64,000 bases of DNA from Ginglymostoma cirratum (Eukaryota), in NCBI GenBank assembly GCA_024137785.1, contig JAHRHZ010000078.1, positions 15,956,936-16,020,935 on the forward strand. The letters run 5' to 3'. How positions within the stretch are numbered: position 1 is the stretch's first letter; every line of letters starts with the position of its first letter. The notes under the pieces were generated by a model, which searched no databases, was not told where the DNA came from, and saw only the letters and a program-made list of their open reading frames with translations. This document shows, piece by piece, positions 62,928-64,000 of the stretch. Position numbers and translations under genes: made by a program.

Positions 62928-64000
62928 TTTGGTGACATGACCCCATTCCCTCCCTTGGTCTACCATCCAACCACACTTATACATTGATGTGCTCCCCTTC
63001 AGTATATTCTCATCTCCTCGCATTCCAGTATTTTCCCTCCACTGCTTAAGATTAAGGTCCAAAGCCTCTCTTCTGAAGCACTGGTCCTCTTACAACTCCC
63101 CTTTAGTTTTAATCGTTGGAAACCCAGACTCACTATGGCCCACCCCTTTCAGTAACTTAACCAGACAATCCAGACCTCTGACTGATAACTGGACAGCTTC
63201 CTGACTCTAAGAGGCAAGGCTACAGAGCATTCCTGTGGACTTATAAGCTCTGTTTGAAGGGGCAAAGTGCTAAATGTCAATGGAGGTTTAGCTGGGATGC
63301 TGTGAGTATCCAGCTAGGCATGAAGTAGGAGACTGGTAAGGGAGCAAGTGAATAACTCTGAGATGCAGCCTGGTCCAATCCACAAGCTGGGTGCCTGTTC
63401 CTGTGCTGTGACCTAAAAGCAGCATTTTGATTATAGATGTTAGTGCACTCCAAAGCATGGTACTATAGAAGCATACTGGAAATGGATCAGAGATAAAGGT
63501 ACAGGGAGGCTGGCTGTCAGGCACTGTGGATGTCGGTGGTGAGCGCTTGCTGTCAATGGACAGTGCCATGAGACGTTGATGCTTGGTGTCCCAGATGACG
63601 GTCCAGGGAAGCAAGCAGTGAGCTGGAGTAACCAGATATTCGTTCGTATTGCATATTCATGGCATCTAGTTTCCATCCAGCAAGTAGTAGAATAGAAAAT
63701 GACCTAATAATGAGGCAAGATTAGGGCGCAATGAGAGTGATAATGACCAACAATCCCTGATAATAACCCTCCTGCTGCTCCCAATCAAGAATGTCACCTT
63801 GACATGTGGAATTCTTGGAAAATGCGACTTGTTCCTCCCAACATCAAGAAAGGCCTCACTCAACAACTTGTGATTCTTCAAAATTCCTGTCCATAGCCCT
63901 TGCTGTTCAGTGCCTGGGAAGATTCCACCCATTAACTAGTGCTCAGATTCTATTCTACCTGCTGGCATTTCCTGTTTTATTGTTGCTGGGAGCTTTATTT

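Larger units (their letters stand above)
60370..63930 (+). mobile_element. Decayed PIF/Harbinger-type DNA transposon carrying a Myb/SANT-like gene relic, with nested CR1, Penelope tail and SINE
   Basis: Candidate TIRs GGTCAGAATCTTGCCA (60370-60385) and revcomp GGGTGGAATCTTCCCA (63915-63930), 12/16 identical. Flanks AAT / ATT. Internal Myb/SANT-like relic. Confidence 0.5.

Noticed and set aside
1-64000. CRISPR arrays, rRNA, operons or prokaryotic defence systems
   Set aside because: The sequence is vertebrate; no regularly spaced repeat-spacer arrays, rRNA or dense coding blocks were seen.

Overview
Vertebrate genomic DNA, most likely a shark. HE1-type SINEs, abundant CR1/L2 LINEs and shark-style Penelope tails support this; a carpet shark (orectolobiform) is my guess only. 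The only host coding sequence I can support is the last coding exon of a heparan sulfate 3-O-sulfotransferase 3 gene (HS3ST3B1-like, + strand, 20985-21603). It is preceded by a >20 kb intron with a CpG-rich 5' part (exon 1 lies upstream of the window) and followed by a long AT-rich 3' UTR. Bases 1-~26400 are almost free of recognisable transposons, while ~26500-64000 is a dense, nested TE landscape. That part holds CR1/L2 fragments, SINEs, Penelope-like elements with hammerhead-ribozyme cores, solo LTRs with 4-bp TSDs, a Gypsy RT scrap, a hAT MITE and PIF/Harbinger relics. It also holds a decayed endogenous retrovirus (LTR, tRNA-Ser-like PBS, gag with PPPY/PTAP and CCHC, protease) that abuts a Harbinger transposase C-terminus in the same reading frame. 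A 134-bp near-perfect hairpin with strand-biased G.U mismatches also stands out. I found no intact novel gene system; most short ORFs in the track are spurious or TE debris. All family assignments come from remembered motifs, not database searches, and repeat boundaries are approximate unless TSDs are given.
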